A stretch of 64,000 bases of DNA from Myxococcota bacterium (GCA_036149055.1 JAYZQJ010000279.1:32638-96637), one strand, 5' to 3'; positions 50,794-63,828 are shown, counted from the first letter of the stretch. Notes: generated from the letters alone by a model not told the origin. Numbers and translations: made by a program.

Positions 50794-51864
50794 ATGCGTC
50801 GTGTGATCCTGCTGTCGCTCTCGTCGATGCTCGCCTGCTCCGCCGTGGCGGTCGCCTTCGCCCAGGAGGCGGAGGAGGCGACGCCCGCGCCGACCGAGGA
50901 GGCCGCCGAGCCGAGCGCCGCCGATCGGGCGCGCCGCGCGAAGGTCCTGGCCCGGGTGGGCGAGGAGACGATCACGATCGGCGAGGTCGAGGACGCGATC
51001 AACGAGCAGTCGCCGTTCATGCGCGTCCGCTTCCGGGACCCGGGGCAGCTCCGCGAGTTCGTCGAGAGCATGATCCGCTTCGAGCTCCTCGCCCGCGCGG
51101 CCGAGCGCGCCGAGATCGGGGAGCACGACGAGGTCCGCCGCGTGGTGAACCAGAACGCGGTGCAGCAGCTCATCCGGCGCGACTTCGACGAGCGCATCAC
51201 CCCGGAGAGCATCCCGGAGGAGCAGGTCCGCGCCTACTACGACGGGCACCCCGAGGAGTTCACCCGCGACGAGCGGCGGCGCGCGGCCCACATCCAGGTG
51301 GCAAGCCGCGAGGAGGCCACCCGGCTGCTCGAGCAGGCGCGCGAGGCCGACGCCCGCGCCTTCCGCACCCTGGCCCGCGACAACAGCCTCGACCCGGAGA
51401 CCCGCCTCCGCGGCGGCGACCTCCGCTACTTCGACGACGAGGGCCAGCCCCGCAACGAGCGCGACCCGCGGGTCGACGAGGCCATCGCGCGCGCCGCCTT
51501 CGCCATCGAGGAGGTCGGCGGCGTGGCCCCCGAGCCGGTCCAGGTGGGGGAGCGCTGGAGCATCGTGAAGCTCACCGGCCGCCGCCCGCCCGAGCACCGC
51601 AGCTACGAGCAGGCCGCCCCGACCATCCGCCTCCGCCTGTGGCGCGAGACCCGCCAGCAGGAGCTCGAGGACTTCGTGGCCCAGCTCCGCGAGCGCGCCG
51701 GCGTCGAGGTCGACTACGACCTGCTCCGCCCCATCCGCCTCGACCCGCCCGAGCGCGAGGACGAGGGAGACTCGCACGGCGAAGCCGCCGCCAACGCGCC
51801 CGCGCCGCCCCCCGCGGTGGAGGCGCCGGCGGATCCGCAGCCGGGCGCCGAACAGAATCCGTGA
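50794..51864 (+). CDS. PpiC/parvulin-type peptidyl-prolyl isomerase (PrsA/SurA-like)
   Basis: Signal peptide; LARVG...IT, AAHIQV, F..LA...S.D, GGDL.YF. Confidence 0.85.
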   Translation: MRRVILLSLSSMLACSAVAVAFAQEAEEATPAPTEEAAEPSAADRARRAKVLARVGEETITIGEVEDAINEQSPFMRVRFRDPGQLREFVESMIRFELLARAAERAEIGEHDEVRRVVNQNAVQQLIRRDFDERITPESIPEEQVRAYYDGHPEEFTRDERRRAAHIQVASREEATRLLEQAREADARAFRTLARDNSLDPETRLRGGDLRYFDDEGQPRNERDPRVDEAIARAAFAIEEVGGVAPEPVQVGERWSIVKLTGRRPPEHRSYEQAAPTIRLRLWRETRQQELEDFVAQLRERAGVEVDYDLLRPIRLDPPEREDEGDSHGEAAANAPAPPPAVEAPADPQPGAEQNP

Positions 51865-51918
51865 TCCGGGGCGCTGGGGACCGTTGACCCCAGCGATCGC
51901 CCGGACGTATCGTCGCGG

Positions 51919-53358
<1,440 letters not shown>

Positions 53359-53407
53359 GGAAGGCGCCCGACCGGCCGGCGAACCGGCTCGGGCGGGCGC
53401 CGCACCT

Positions 53408-55162
53408 TCACTCTCCGGAGGGGTGACGCCGGAGCGCCGCGCGCCGTCGCCTCATGCGCCAGCCAGCGAAGCCGAGCAGCCCCAGCGCGACGAAGAGCGT
53501 GTTCGGGCTCGCGGGGCTTCGACCGACGCGGCAGCCGCACCCGTCGCCCTCCACGCTCGGCCCCATCCCTCCGTCGATCGCGGACGCCTCGCACGAGCCG
53601 AGCACGCAGGAGGCGTTGCGCTCGCAGGCCAACCCGCAGCCGCCACAGTGGCGCGCGTCCTCGTCGAGGTCGACACACTCGCCGCCGCACGCCGTGGTGG
53701 CGCCCGGGCAGCTGTCGGCGCATGTGCCGTCTGCGCACACGAGCCCCGCGCCGCAGTCCCCGCACGAGCCGCCGCACCCGTCGTCACCGCACGCGCGGCC
53801 CGAGCAGGACGGCTCGCACACGCCGGCGTCGGGCGTGCCCGCGTCGGCGGGCGTCACGGGCGCGGAGCCGTGCTCGAAGGCCCCGATGTCGACCCCGTCT
53901 CCCACCATCGGGCGCGGCGTCGCAGTGCCAGGCGCGAGCAGCTCTCGCATGGGTGGATGGAAGCGGGGCAGCGCCTCGGGCGAGGGGAAGTCGTACCCAG
54001 GCACCGCCATGGGGCTCGGATCCGCCGCGTCGATCAGCGGGCTGCCCGCGGCGGGCCGAAGGTCGCCGCCAGCCACCGACTCGAACATCGGATCGGTGCC
54101 TCGGATCGTGTCGGTCCATTCCGCCGGCACCTGGCGCTCGCCCATGCCCATGACCAGCCAGTTGGTGCTGCCGGCCACCCGTCGCACGCCGCCCACCCAG
54201 TCGGCCTCGCGGTCACGCAGGATCTCCGCTCTGCCCGCCCCCGTCAGGTAGATGACGTTGTTGTGCGCCTCGAGGCTCTCGACGCCGTCGAACATCCGGA
54301 ACACCCCCCGGCTCTCGGGCGCGAGGATCACGGTGTTGTACGCGAACCGGTAGCGTGCGTTGGTCTGACCGGTGGCGTCGCCTCCGAAGCGAACGATCCA
54401 GTGATCGGGGAAGTCCCCGCCCTTGACGAAGACGTTGCCCACCACGTCCGAGTGCTCGATGTTGGCGTCCTCGGCGACCGGCGTCCCGCCCGGGTCGGGG
54501 CCGATGAGCTCGACCTCGTGGAACCGCGAGCCCTCGATCCAGTTGTAGTAGATCTCGTTCCGCTCGGCGCGCGACTTCACGCCGTTGCCGCCGTTGCCGT
54601 CGTGCAGGTAGCAGAACTGCATCCGGAAGACCGAGCCGGGGTGCGCGATCTGGTCGGTGCTCATGTAGACCTGGTGCCGGCCCGCGCCGTCGCCGGTCCG
54701 GTAGACCTCGGAGTACTCGAACAGCAGTGAGCCGGAGTCGGTGTCGGCGCCGAGGAGCCCGTGCGCCGGGCAGTCGTGGATGACCACGTCGCGGACGACG
54801 ATGTCGTGGGCGTGGTGGTAGACGCAGCGCGAGCTCCCGCCGGTCACCTCGAAGCCCTCGAACACGAAGTGGTCGCCGGCCAGCTCGACCGTGTTGATGC
54901 CGCCGTCGATGCGCGGCCGCTCCCCCGCGGCCGAGCGGATCCCGCGGACCGTGATCGGGTTGTCGGGGGTCCCTTGGTCACGGAAGCGAACGGCCGCATA
55001 GGTCGCGCCGCCCTCCACCTCGACGATGTCGCCGGGGGCGAGGCTCGGGAGCTCGTTCAGCTGTCGATAGTCGCCCGAGGGCCCGACGGCGTAGGTCTCG
55101 GCGAGGGCGCTCGAGGGCAAGAGGAGAAGTGTCGCGATCAGAGCGAGTCGAAGATGTTTCAC
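53408..55162 (-). CDS. Secreted right-handed beta-helix protein with Cys-rich repeats and MYXO-CTERM-like tail
   Basis: Signal peptide from GTG 55162; PGDIVEV, SPLIDA, DIGAFE; GCGCRV...TM...RRRR. Confidence 0.8.
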   Translation of the reverse strand: MKHLRLALIATLLLLPSSALAETYAVGPSGDYRQLNELPSLAPGDIVEVEGGATYAAVRFRDQGTPDNPITVRGIRSAAGERPRIDGGINTVELAGDHFVFEGFEVTGGSSRCVYHHAHDIVVRDVVIHDCPAHGLLGADTDSGSLLFEYSEVYRTGDGAGRHQVYMSTDQIAHPGSVFRMQFCYLHDGNGGNGVKSRAERNEIYYNWIEGSRFHEVELIGPDPGGTPVAEDANIEHSDVVGNVFVKGGDFPDHWIVRFGGDATGQTNARYRFAYNTVILAPESRGVFRMFDGVESLEAHNNVIYLTGAGRAEILRDREADWVGGVRRVAGSTNWLVMGMGERQVPAEWTDTIRGTDPMFESVAGGDLRPAAGSPLIDAADPSPMAVPGYDFPSPEALPRFHPPMRELLAPGTATPRPMVGDGVDIGAFEHGSAPVTPADAGTPDAGVCEPSCSGRACGDDGCGGSCGDCGAGLVCADGTCADSCPGATTACGGECVDLDEDARHCGGCGLACERNASCVLGSCEASAIDGGMGPSVEGDGCGCRVGRSPASPNTLFVALGLLGFAGWRMRRRRAALRRHPSGE

Positions 55163-55422
55163 CGGCCGATCATGCCTCGAACCTCGGCGGACGTACCACC
55201 CATTCGAGGCGTGAAGAGCGCGCGAGCGAGCGCCTCGTCCAAAGTGACCACCGCAAACCATCGCGTCGCCGGCCCGCGACGCCGACGATGATGACAAGCA
55301 CGCTCGAGACCTCCCCGCTCGACGCCCCCTCCGTCCGGGAGGGCGGCCGATGCGGGCGGGTGTTGCGGTGGCGGGCCGATCCGGATAAATGAATGGGCAT
55401 TCAGGGTGGGAGGGAGCGACAG

Positions 55423-56592
55423 ATGCCGAGTCCGTATTCCGAAGAGCACGACCTGTTCCGCAAGCAGGTGAGGCAGTTCGCCGAGACCGAGCTCGCGCCG
55501 CACGCCGAGGCGTGGGAGCGGGACCGGACCTTCCCCAACTGGGTCTTCAAGAAGGCCGGTGAGCTGGGGATCCTCGGGGCCCACTACCCCGAGGAGGTCG
55601 GCGGCGGCGGCGGCGACTATTGGTTCAGCGTCGTGAAGAGCGAGGAGCTCGTCCGCTGCGAGGCGGCCGGCGTCACGATGGGCCTGCTCGTGCAGAGCGA
55701 CATGGCCACGCCGTGCATCAACGAGCTCGGCACCGCGGAGCAGAAGGAGGAGTTCCTGAAGCCGGCGCTCGCCGGCGAGCGCATCGCCGCCCTCGGGGTG
55801 AGCGAGCCGGGCGCGGGCTCCGACGTCGCGGGCATCCGCACCACCGCCAAGAAGGACGGCGACGACTACGTCATCAACGGCAGCAAGACGTACATCACGA
55901 ACGGCACCCGGGCCGACTTCGTCACGCTCCTGGTCAAGACCGACCCCGACGCGGGCTACGGCGGGATCTCGATCCTGCTCTTCCCGACGGACACCAAGGG
56001 CTTCGCGGTCAGCAAGAAGCTCGAGAAGATCGGCAACCACGCGTCGGACACCGCGGAGCTGTTCTTCGAGGACTGCCGCATCCCCAAGCGCTACCTGCTC
56101 GGTGAAGAGGGCAAGGGGTTCTACTACCTCATGCAGAACTTCCAGTCCGAGCGGCTGATCGGCGCGACCAGCACCCTCGCCGGGGCCCGGCGCGCGCTCG
56201 ATCGCTCGGTGGCCTACGGCAAGGAGCGCAAGGCGTTCGGCAAGCCGATCATGGCGCGCGAGGTCTGGAAGCACACCTTCGCCGACCTCTACACCAAGGC
56301 CGAGGCGGCCAAGAGCCTCTGCTACGAGACCGTCGCCGACTTCAACGAGGAGCGGTACGTCCAGGGGACCGAGATCTCCATGGAGACGGTGAAGAAGATC
56401 GCGATGTGCAAGCTCTTCGTGGGCGACGTCGCGAACGAGATCATGGACACCTGCCTCCAGTTCCACGGAGGCATGGGCTACCTCGAGGAGCTGTGGGTGG
56501 CGCGCGCGTGGCGCGACCAGCGGCTCTTCCGCATCGGCGGCGGAACGAGCGAGGTGATGAAGTACATGATCGCGAAGATCATGGGCTGGTGA
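55423..56592 (+). CDS. Acyl-CoA dehydrogenase
   Basis: [32 protein letters not shown]. Confidence 0.95.
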   Translation: MPSPYSEEHDLFRKQVRQFAETELAPHAEAWERDRTFPNWVFKKAGELGILGAHYPEEVGGGGGDYWFSVVKSEELVRCEAAGVTMGLLVQSDMATPCINELGTAEQKEEFLKPALAGERIAALGVSEPGAGSDVAGIRTTAKKDGDDYVINGSKTYITNGTRADFVTLLVKTDPDAGYGGISILLFPTDTKGFAVSKKLEKIGNHASDTAELFFEDCRIPKRYLLGEEGKGFYYLMQNFQSERLIGATSTLAGARRALDRSVAYGKERKAFGKPIMAREVWKHTFADLYTKAEAAKSLCYETVADFNEERYVQGTEISMETVKKIAMCKLFVGDVANEIMDTCLQFHGGMGYLEELWVARAWRDQRLFRIGGGTSEVMKYMIAKIMGW

Positions 56593-56644
56593 CGCCGCGA
56601 GGCGGGCCGTAGAGATCCCACCCGGGGGAATCAGGAGAGAAATC

Positions 56645-57895
<1,251 letters not shown>

Positions 57896-57921
57896 CCGGC
57901 GCCGGAGGCGCCGGCGAGACG

Positions 57922-57973
57922 CGCCCGTGCCCCTGCCCGTGCCCGTGCCCCTGCCCGAGGACCTCCTCGGGCA
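57922..57973. repeat. Intergenic (TGCCC[G/C])n hexamer run ending in a 9-bp hairpin
   Basis: 5-6 hexamers, then TGCCCGAGG-ACCT-CCTCGGGCA, between convergent genes. Confidence 0.8.
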
Positions 57974-57982
57974 CCGGGCCGG

Positions 57983-58927
57983 TCACTCCTCGCCGAACCA
58001 GATCAGGCCGCTCGCGGCGTGGACGCCCGGCTCGAGGCCGGTCGGGTCCTCGAGCACCGCGCTCTCTTCGATCGCGGCGGCCTCGCGGGCGTCGGGCGGC
58101 AGGGTCGCGACGCAGAGGGAGAGGGCCTGCGCTTCATCGTCGGCGACCACGTCGAAGACGCGGAAACAGCCCTTCACCTCGCCGCGATCGACGGCGCTCT
58201 GGGTGACCAGGCGGAAACGCTTGGGCGCCTCGCAGGACACCGCCGCGACCCGCCGCACGAGGGCGAGGAGATCGGGCGTGGCCACGCCGGCCTCGGTGGC
58301 GATCGCGAGGCTCTCCTCGGGGTCGCGACCGAGTCGATCGAGGGCCACCGCGCGCTCGGCGTGCAGGCGCGGGCGGCGGACGTCGCCCTCCGCGCAGGCC
58401 TCGAGCGCGCTCTCCACCAGCGTGAGCCCGTCCTCGGCCCGGCCGAGCTCGGACAGGCACTTCGCGGCCAGCGAGAGCACGTCCTCGGCGAACTCCGGCG
58501 GCCGGGGCAACGCCATCACGAACTCCAGGTCGTCGAGCGCCTTGCCCGGCTCGCCCCGACGGTGCTGCACGATGGCGCGGTTGAAGCGGAGCGAGGCCTC
58601 GCTGACGCCCTCGCAGCCGAGCGCCTCGTTCATCGCCTCGAGCGCGCCGTCGAGCTGGCCGGCGTCCGAGCGCAGGTTCCCGAGCAGCTGCCAGAGGTGC
58701 CAGACGTTCGGCACCTTGGCGGTCGCCTCCTCGAGGGTCGCGATCGCCCCCTCGAGCTCACCCGCCTGGTGCTGCGCGAGCGCCTTGACCTCGAAGCCGC
58801 CCGACCAGCCCATCGCGAGCAGCTTCTCCGCGACCTGGAGCGCCTCCTCGGTGCGCCCCGCGTCGAGCAGCCCGTGCGCCTTGGCCTCGAGGTCGTAGGC
58901 GCTGTCCTGATCTCGTCCGAACCACAT
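57983..58927 (-). CDS. Tetratricopeptide-repeat protein
   Basis: G..EEAL, W..LG, FNRA helical repeats. Confidence 0.75.
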   Translation of the reverse strand: MWFGRDQDSAYDLEAKAHGLLDAGRTEEALQVAEKLLAMGWSGGFEVKALAQHQAGELEGAIATLEEATAKVPNVWHLWQLLGNLRSDAGQLDGALEAMNEALGCEGVSEASLRFNRAIVQHRRGEPGKALDDLEFVMALPRPPEFAEDVLSLAAKCLSELGRAEDGLTLVESALEACAEGDVRRPRLHAERAVALDRLGRDPEESLAIATEAGVATPDLLALVRRVAAVSCEAPKRFRLVTQSAVDRGEVKGCFRVFDVVADDEAQALSLCVATLPPDAREAAAIEESAVLEDPTGLEPGVHAASGLIWFGEE

Positions 58928-58985
58928 GAGGCCGTCGGTATGCGACGGCGTCGCCTCCCCCGCCAGCCGCGGCCGGCGCGGCGCG

Positions 58986-60248
58986 TCAGCCGACCGCGCC
59001 CAGGGGCTCGAGGGCCCGGCGTTCGGAGGTGAGGGCGCGAGCCGCGGTCACCGCGCTGGCCAGCGACGCCTCGAGCAGGAGCCCCGTGTCGCCGACCCAG
59101 TCGCCCGCGATGGCGATCCCGGGCAGGGCGAGCGGCTCGGGGCGCCCGGCGAAGCCCCCCGTCCGCGCCTCGGGCAGGGCGTGCATGACGAGCGACGCCG
59201 GCGCGAAGCGCGCCTCCACCAGGTGGCGGCGCCAGCCGGGCTGGGTCTCGTCGAGCAGCCCCTCCAGCTCCCCGCGCGCCGTCGCCGGATCCACCGTCTG
59301 ATCGGGCGCGAGGTAGCGGGCCAGGTGGATCACCGCGCCGCCCTCCGGCGCGAGCGCCGCGTAGTGGGAGTGCACCGACGCGTAGAGCGGCCGGTCGGCG
59401 CCGAGCCGCACCGACATCTCCGGCCGCGGCAGGCGCGACAGCGCGACGTCGAGGTGGCTGGCGCGCACCGGGGTCGCCTCGGCCGCGAAGCGGCTCAGGG
59501 CTGCGGGCGCGTGATCGCCCAGCAGCCGCGCCGCGCGCTTCGGGCTCACCGCGAGCACGATCGCGTCGGCCCGGAGCGACTCCCCGGAGACGCGCACCAC
59601 CCCGGGCGCCACCCCGCCCACCTTCGCGCGGGTCCGCACGGTGACGCCGAGCGCGTCGGCCCGCGCGGCGAGGGCGGTGACGATGCGGGACCAGCCGCCG
59701 TCGACGTAGCGCACCTGCGCCGAGCCGAGCTGCCGGAGCGCCACCGCCGTCGAGAGGCGGTCCGGCGCGTTCGCGTAGGTGGCGATGCGCACGACCGCCT
59801 CGGCGAAGGCGCGCGCCCGCCCCGTCATCCCGAGGCCGTCCAGCCACTCGGCGACGCTCACCCGCGCGAGCGCCGGGCTCGGCTTGCCCATCATGGCGAA
59901 GAGCCGCGCGAGCCGGAGCTTCTCCCCGAGCGTGAACGCCCGGCTCGAGAGGAGCGACAGCGCGCTCGCCGGGATCGGGTGGGTCTCCCCGTCGATGTCG
60001 AAGGCGAGGTCTCCGTTCGGCACCTGCCCGGTCACCTCCACGCCCAGCGCGTTCAGGAGCCGCTCCGCCTGCGGATAGAGCGCGTGCGGCCCGAGGTTGA
60101 GGCGGTAGCCCTCCCCCTCCCAGCTGCGGGCGCGCCCCCCGAGCTCCCGATCCGCCTCCAGCAAGGTCACGCGGGCGCCGCGGGACGCCAGCTCCACCGC
60201 CGCGGCCAGCCCGGCCGGGCCGCCTCCGATCACGATCGCGTTCGTCAT
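58986..60248 (-). CDS. FAD-dependent oxidoreductase (phytoene desaturase-like)
   Basis: GAGGAGG RBS; IGGGPAGL, LGGRA, NLGPHALY, AGDW. Confidence 0.88.
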   Translation of the reverse strand: MTNAIVIGGGPAGLAAAVELASRGARVTLLEADRELGGRARSWEGEGYRLNLGPHALYPQAERLLNALGVEVTGQVPNGDLAFDIDGETHPIPASALSLLSSRAFTLGEKLRLARLFAMMGKPSPALARVSVAEWLDGLGMTGRARAFAEAVVRIATYANAPDRLSTAVALRQLGSAQVRYVDGGWSRIVTALAARADALGVTVRTRAKVGGVAPGVVRVSGESLRADAIVLAVSPKRAARLLGDHAPAALSRFAAEATPVRASHLDVALSRLPRPEMSVRLGADRPLYASVHSHYAALAPEGGAVIHLARYLAPDQTVDPATARGELEGLLDETQPGWRRHLVEARFAPASLVMHALPEARTGGFAGRPEPLALPGIAIAGDWVGDTGLLLEASLASAVTAARALTSERRALEPLGAVG

Positions 60249-60297
60249 GAGTACCTCCTCATGAAGACCCCACGCGCCGCCGCGCCCGTCCGTTACG

Positions 60298-60327
60298 TGT
60301 AACGGTCGCCGCCCTCCCCTCGTGACA
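60298..60327. promoter_or_regulatory. Overlapping bidirectional ECF41-type promoter
   Basis: Minus strand: TGTCACG-N16-CGTT. Plus strand: TGTAACG-N16-CGTG. The ECF41 consensus is TGTCACA-N16-CGTC. Confidence 0.65.
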
Positions 60328-60346
60328 CCTGGCGAGAGGTGTCACG

Positions 60347-61270
60347 ATGATCGTCAACGCCATGCCCGCCGCCCTCGCGGACCTCGACCAGCACCGCCAG
60401 GCCCTCTTCGGGCTCTGCTACCGCATGCTCGGCTCCGCCGCCGACGCCGACGACCTGGTCCAGGACACGTTCCGCCGCGCGCTCGAGAAGCCCCCGAAGG
60501 ACACCGCGGCGCCGCTGCGCCCCTGGCTCGTGACCGTCGCGACGCGCCTCTGCATCGACGCGCTGCGCAAGCGCGGCCGGGAGCGCTACTTCGGCCCCTG
60601 GCTGCCGTCCCCCCTCGACGACGAGCGCCTCGCGGCCGATCTGGAGCCCGGCCCCGAGGCGCGCTTCGATCTCGCCGAGAGCGCCTCCTACGCGTTCCTG
60701 GTGGCCCTCGAGGCGCTCGACCCGCGACAGCGCGCGACGGTGGTGCTCCGGGACGTGATGGGGCTGACCGGGCCGGAGGTCGCCGAGGTGCTCGACGTCT
60801 CGCCCGAGAACGTGCGGGTGCTCCTGCACCGGGCGCGCAAGGCCCTCGACGGCTACGAGCGAGCGCGGCGTCCGATGACCCCCGAGCGGAGCGCCAAGGT
60901 GCAGGCCGCGCTGCAGCGGCTCTTCACCGCGCTTGCCAGCGCCGACGCCGCCGCGGTCGCCGAGCTGCTCGCCGAGGACGTGATCAGCGTGCACGACGGC
61001 GGCGGGGACTACATCGCGGCGGTGCGCCCGCTGCGTGGACGGGAAGACGTCATGCGGTTCTACGGCAACGTCGCGTCGATGGCGCGGCTCCCCGTCGCGC
61101 TCGCCGTCCGCTCGCTCAACGGCCAGCCCGCGCTCGTCGCGCGCTACGCCCCCGACGGCCGCTACGCGCCGCGCATCACCGTGCAGGTGCACCTGGACGC
61201 GAGCGATCGGATCGATCGCATCTGGGCCACCGTCAACGATCGCAAGCTCGCTGGCGTGACGTTCCCGTGA
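60347..61270 (+). CDS. ECF41 (SigJ-like) sigma factor with SnoaL-like extension
   Basis: YRMLGS..DADDLVQ, YFGPWLPSP, DGGG, NG.PA, NDRKL. Confidence 0.9.
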   Translation: MIVNAMPAALADLDQHRQALFGLCYRMLGSAADADDLVQDTFRRALEKPPKDTAAPLRPWLVTVATRLCIDALRKRGRERYFGPWLPSPLDDERLAADLEPGPEARFDLAESASYAFLVALEALDPRQRATVVLRDVMGLTGPEVAEVLDVSPENVRVLLHRARKALDGYERARRPMTPERSAKVQAALQRLFTALASADAAAVAELLAEDVISVHDGGGDYIAAVRPLRGREDVMRFYGNVASMARLPVALAVRSLNGQPALVARYAPDGRYAPRITVQVHLDASDRIDRIWATVNDRKLAGVTFP

Positions 61271-61451
61271 ACGCTCTACGGGGGCGCGCAACGCACGGGA
61301 GGTGAAGGTCTCGCCTCGCCCGCCGTTCCCTCCCGAGGTGGGCAGGTGCAAAGGTGACGTCACGCGCGTGACGTGGGCGCGAGCGCGCACCCGGATGGGC
61401 CGCTTCTCGCACGCGGGCGGCCGTGGCACGGGCCATGCTCGACTGGGGCGC

Positions 61452-62252
61452 ATGGCTCGGAGCTGGCGCAGCGCGGCACAGGGAACGACGGTCTCCGTCG
61501 GGCTCGCCGCGCTCCTCGCCACGCTCCTCGCCACGATCGGGATGGGGTGGATCGCGACGCCGAGCGCCCACGCCCAGCTCGGCCGCGCGCTCGATCGACC
61601 GGTGCGCACCGACCCGACGCCGACGCCGATGAGCGGCTGGCACTTCGACCTCACCGCGCAGACCAGCGTGCCGCTCTCCGTCGGGCTCGAGGCTACGATC
61701 ACCACCCCGATCGGGTTCTTCGTCTACGGCGGCGGCGGCCACACGCCCAACGCCTACCTCGACGTGGTCAGCGGCATCCTCCGCGGCGCCGGCGTCTACC
61801 GCGAGCGGCTCCAGCCGCTGGTGGACGAGGCGATCGCGAGCGGCGCGTGGAACGTGCGCCTCGGCGGCGGCTTCACGTTGCCCGAGGGCCTGGAGCTCTC
61901 GTTCGGCTACACGATGCTCACCGGCAGCTCCGCCCTGAGCGCGGAGGCGATCGAGGCCGCGACCGGCCAGGACCTCCGCTGGCCCGGCATGGAGAACATC
62001 CCGATCGCGATCACGGTGCACGCCCTCCACGGCCGGATCGGCTGGCGCTTCGTGGTGGAGGAGCACTTCGTGATGCGCGTCGCGGTGGGCTGGACCCACG
62101 AGGTCGACAACGACGTGCGAGCCACCGTACCCCAGGACGTGCGCGCGCTGCCGGGCGACCCCGCGGGCTCCATCGAGCAGGACATGTCCGAGGGCATCGG
62201 CGAGTACGGCTTCAGCCCGGAGCTGCTGCTCTCGGCGGGCTACCGGTTCTGA
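61452..62252 (+). CDS. Probable outer-membrane beta-barrel protein (start uncertain)
   Basis: Signal ending AHA, amphipathic strands, C-terminal AGYRF. Confidence 0.65.
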   Translation: MARSWRSAAQGTTVSVGLAALLATLLATIGMGWIATPSAHAQLGRALDRPVRTDPTPTPMSGWHFDLTAQTSVPLSVGLEATITTPIGFFVYGGGGHTPNAYLDVVSGILRGAGVYRERLQPLVDEAIASGAWNVRLGGGFTLPEGLELSFGYTMLTGSSALSAEAIEAATGQDLRWPGMENIPIAITVHALHGRIGWRFVVEEHFVMRVAVGWTHEVDNDVRATVPQDVRALPGDPAGSIEQDMSEGIGEYGFSPELLLSAGYRF

Positions 62253-62277
62253 TCCCGCCCGTCGTACCCTGAGGCTC

Positions 62278-63294
62278 GTGTCCGAGAAGCTGCAGCGGGG
62301 CGCCGACAACGTGGTCCAGCACGTCCTCCGGGTGACCGAGGGCGAGGAGGTCGCGCTCTTCGAGTGGGAGGCCGCCCGCTTCCGCGACGTCTTCCGGGAC
62401 GCGGTGCAGCGCGCCGGCGGCGTGCCGGTGCCCATCGACACGTCCGACCTCGCGGAGGCGAGCGAGGCGCAGGCGACCGCCGCCATCACCCGGCGCGCCG
62501 GAGACGCCACCGCGTCGATCCTCTGCGCCGCCCACGGCATCCCGCCCGCCCTCTCGATGGCCGTGCTCGCGCTCGCCTCGCAGCGCCGCCTCCGCCACCT
62601 GCACCTCACCCGGATCGACGCGCGCCTCTTCAGCCAGTCCTACCGCGCCGACCCCGAGCGCATCGCCCGGCTCAACGCGCGCGTGGTCGAGGCCATCGAG
62701 GCGGCGGGCAGCCTGCAAGCCACGAGCGACGCCGGCACCGACGTGCGCATCGGCACGAGCGCCCGCTACCCGCTGCTGAGCTCCGACGGCCGCCCCGGCC
62801 CCGGCGAGCCGGACAACCTCCCCTCCGGCAGCGTGCTCTTCCACCCGGCCACGGTCGACGGCGTGTTCGTCGCGGACCGAGGCGCGCTCGGCGCCATCCG
62901 CCCCGACCCGACCGAGCTGCGTCGTCACCCCCTCCGGGTGTACCTCGAGCGCGGCCGCGCGGTGCGCTTCGAGAGCGGCTCGGACGCGATCGCCGAGCTC
63001 GCCCGAGGCTACGCGTCGCAGCACCCGGACGCGACCCGCGTCGGCATCGTCGCGTTCCCGACGAACTACGTGATCCGCTCGGAGACGCGCCTCGAGGTGC
63101 AAGACGCGCTGCTGCCGGGGTTGAACATCATCCTCGGCTTCTCCCACCACCGCGCGACCCGCGCTCCCTACCAGTGCCCGATCCAGCTCCGCCTCTTCGG
63201 CCGCCGCCTCGACGTCCGCGCCGGCGACGCGCCGCTCGTCGAGAGAGGCCGCCACGCCGACTCCCTCGCGTCCGAGATCGACCTGTTCCGCTGA
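62278..63294 (+). CDS. M29/aminopeptidase T-like protein, metal ligands apparently degenerate
   Basis: GTD, NLPSG, DG.FV.D and L....G.AV patterns. Confidence 0.65.
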   Translation: MSEKLQRGADNVVQHVLRVTEGEEVALFEWEAARFRDVFRDAVQRAGGVPVPIDTSDLAEASEAQATAAITRRAGDATASILCAAHGIPPALSMAVLALASQRRLRHLHLTRIDARLFSQSYRADPERIARLNARVVEAIEAAGSLQATSDAGTDVRIGTSARYPLLSSDGRPGPGEPDNLPSGSVLFHPATVDGVFVADRGALGAIRPDPTELRRHPLRVYLERGRAVRFESGSDAIAELARGYASQHPDATRVGIVAFPTNYVIRSETRLEVQDALLPGLNIILGFSHHRATRAPYQCPIQLRLFGRRLDVRAGDAPLVERGRHADSLASEIDLFR

Positions 63295-63299
63295 GCTCC

Positions 63300-63828
63300 T
63301 TCGGCGCCACCTTTCTTGCTCTCGCTGACGCGCCGCGCTGAGGACGGCGCCGCACGGGCCGGCGACAGACTACTGTCTCTCGCAGAGGCGCATTGGGGTT
63401 GGGGGCAGCGGGACGGCGGCTCGCCAGGGCGTGGGGGGCGGCACTCGGCTCGGCGCCAGCTTTATTTGCTCTCGCCAAGGCGCCAAGCCGCAAAGGGCGG
63501 ACTGGCAGCGGGATGGCCGCTCGCCGCGAGGAGGAGCGGCGCCACGCGGCTTGGCGCCAGCTCTTGCCTCACGCAAAGACACAGGGACGAAAAGGGGCGG
63601 ACTGGCTGGCGACGGGATGGTCGCTCGCCGGGCTGAGGGACGGCGCCGCACGGGTCGGCGACAGCCTATTGTCTCTCGCAGAGGCGCAGAGGCGCAGAGG
63701 GGTTGGGGGCAGCGGGACGGTGGCTCGCCAGGACGTGGGGGGCGGCACTCAGCTCGGCGCCAGCTTTTGCTCTCGCCAAGGCGCCAAGCCGCAAAGGGCG
63801 GACTGGCAGCGGGATGGTCGCTCGCCGG
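63300..63828. repeat. Intergenic array of ~100-bp units with ~300-bp higher-order duplication
   Basis: 63337-63526 is near-identical to 63632-63827; unit ends CGGGAYGG(N)CGCTCGCC-like at about 63425, 63525, 63629, 63729 and 63826. Confidence 0.88.

Noticed and set aside
53408..55390. Second island around the beta-helix gene
   Set aside because: Codon usage looks only mildly atypical, and I found no flanking repeats or mobility genes.
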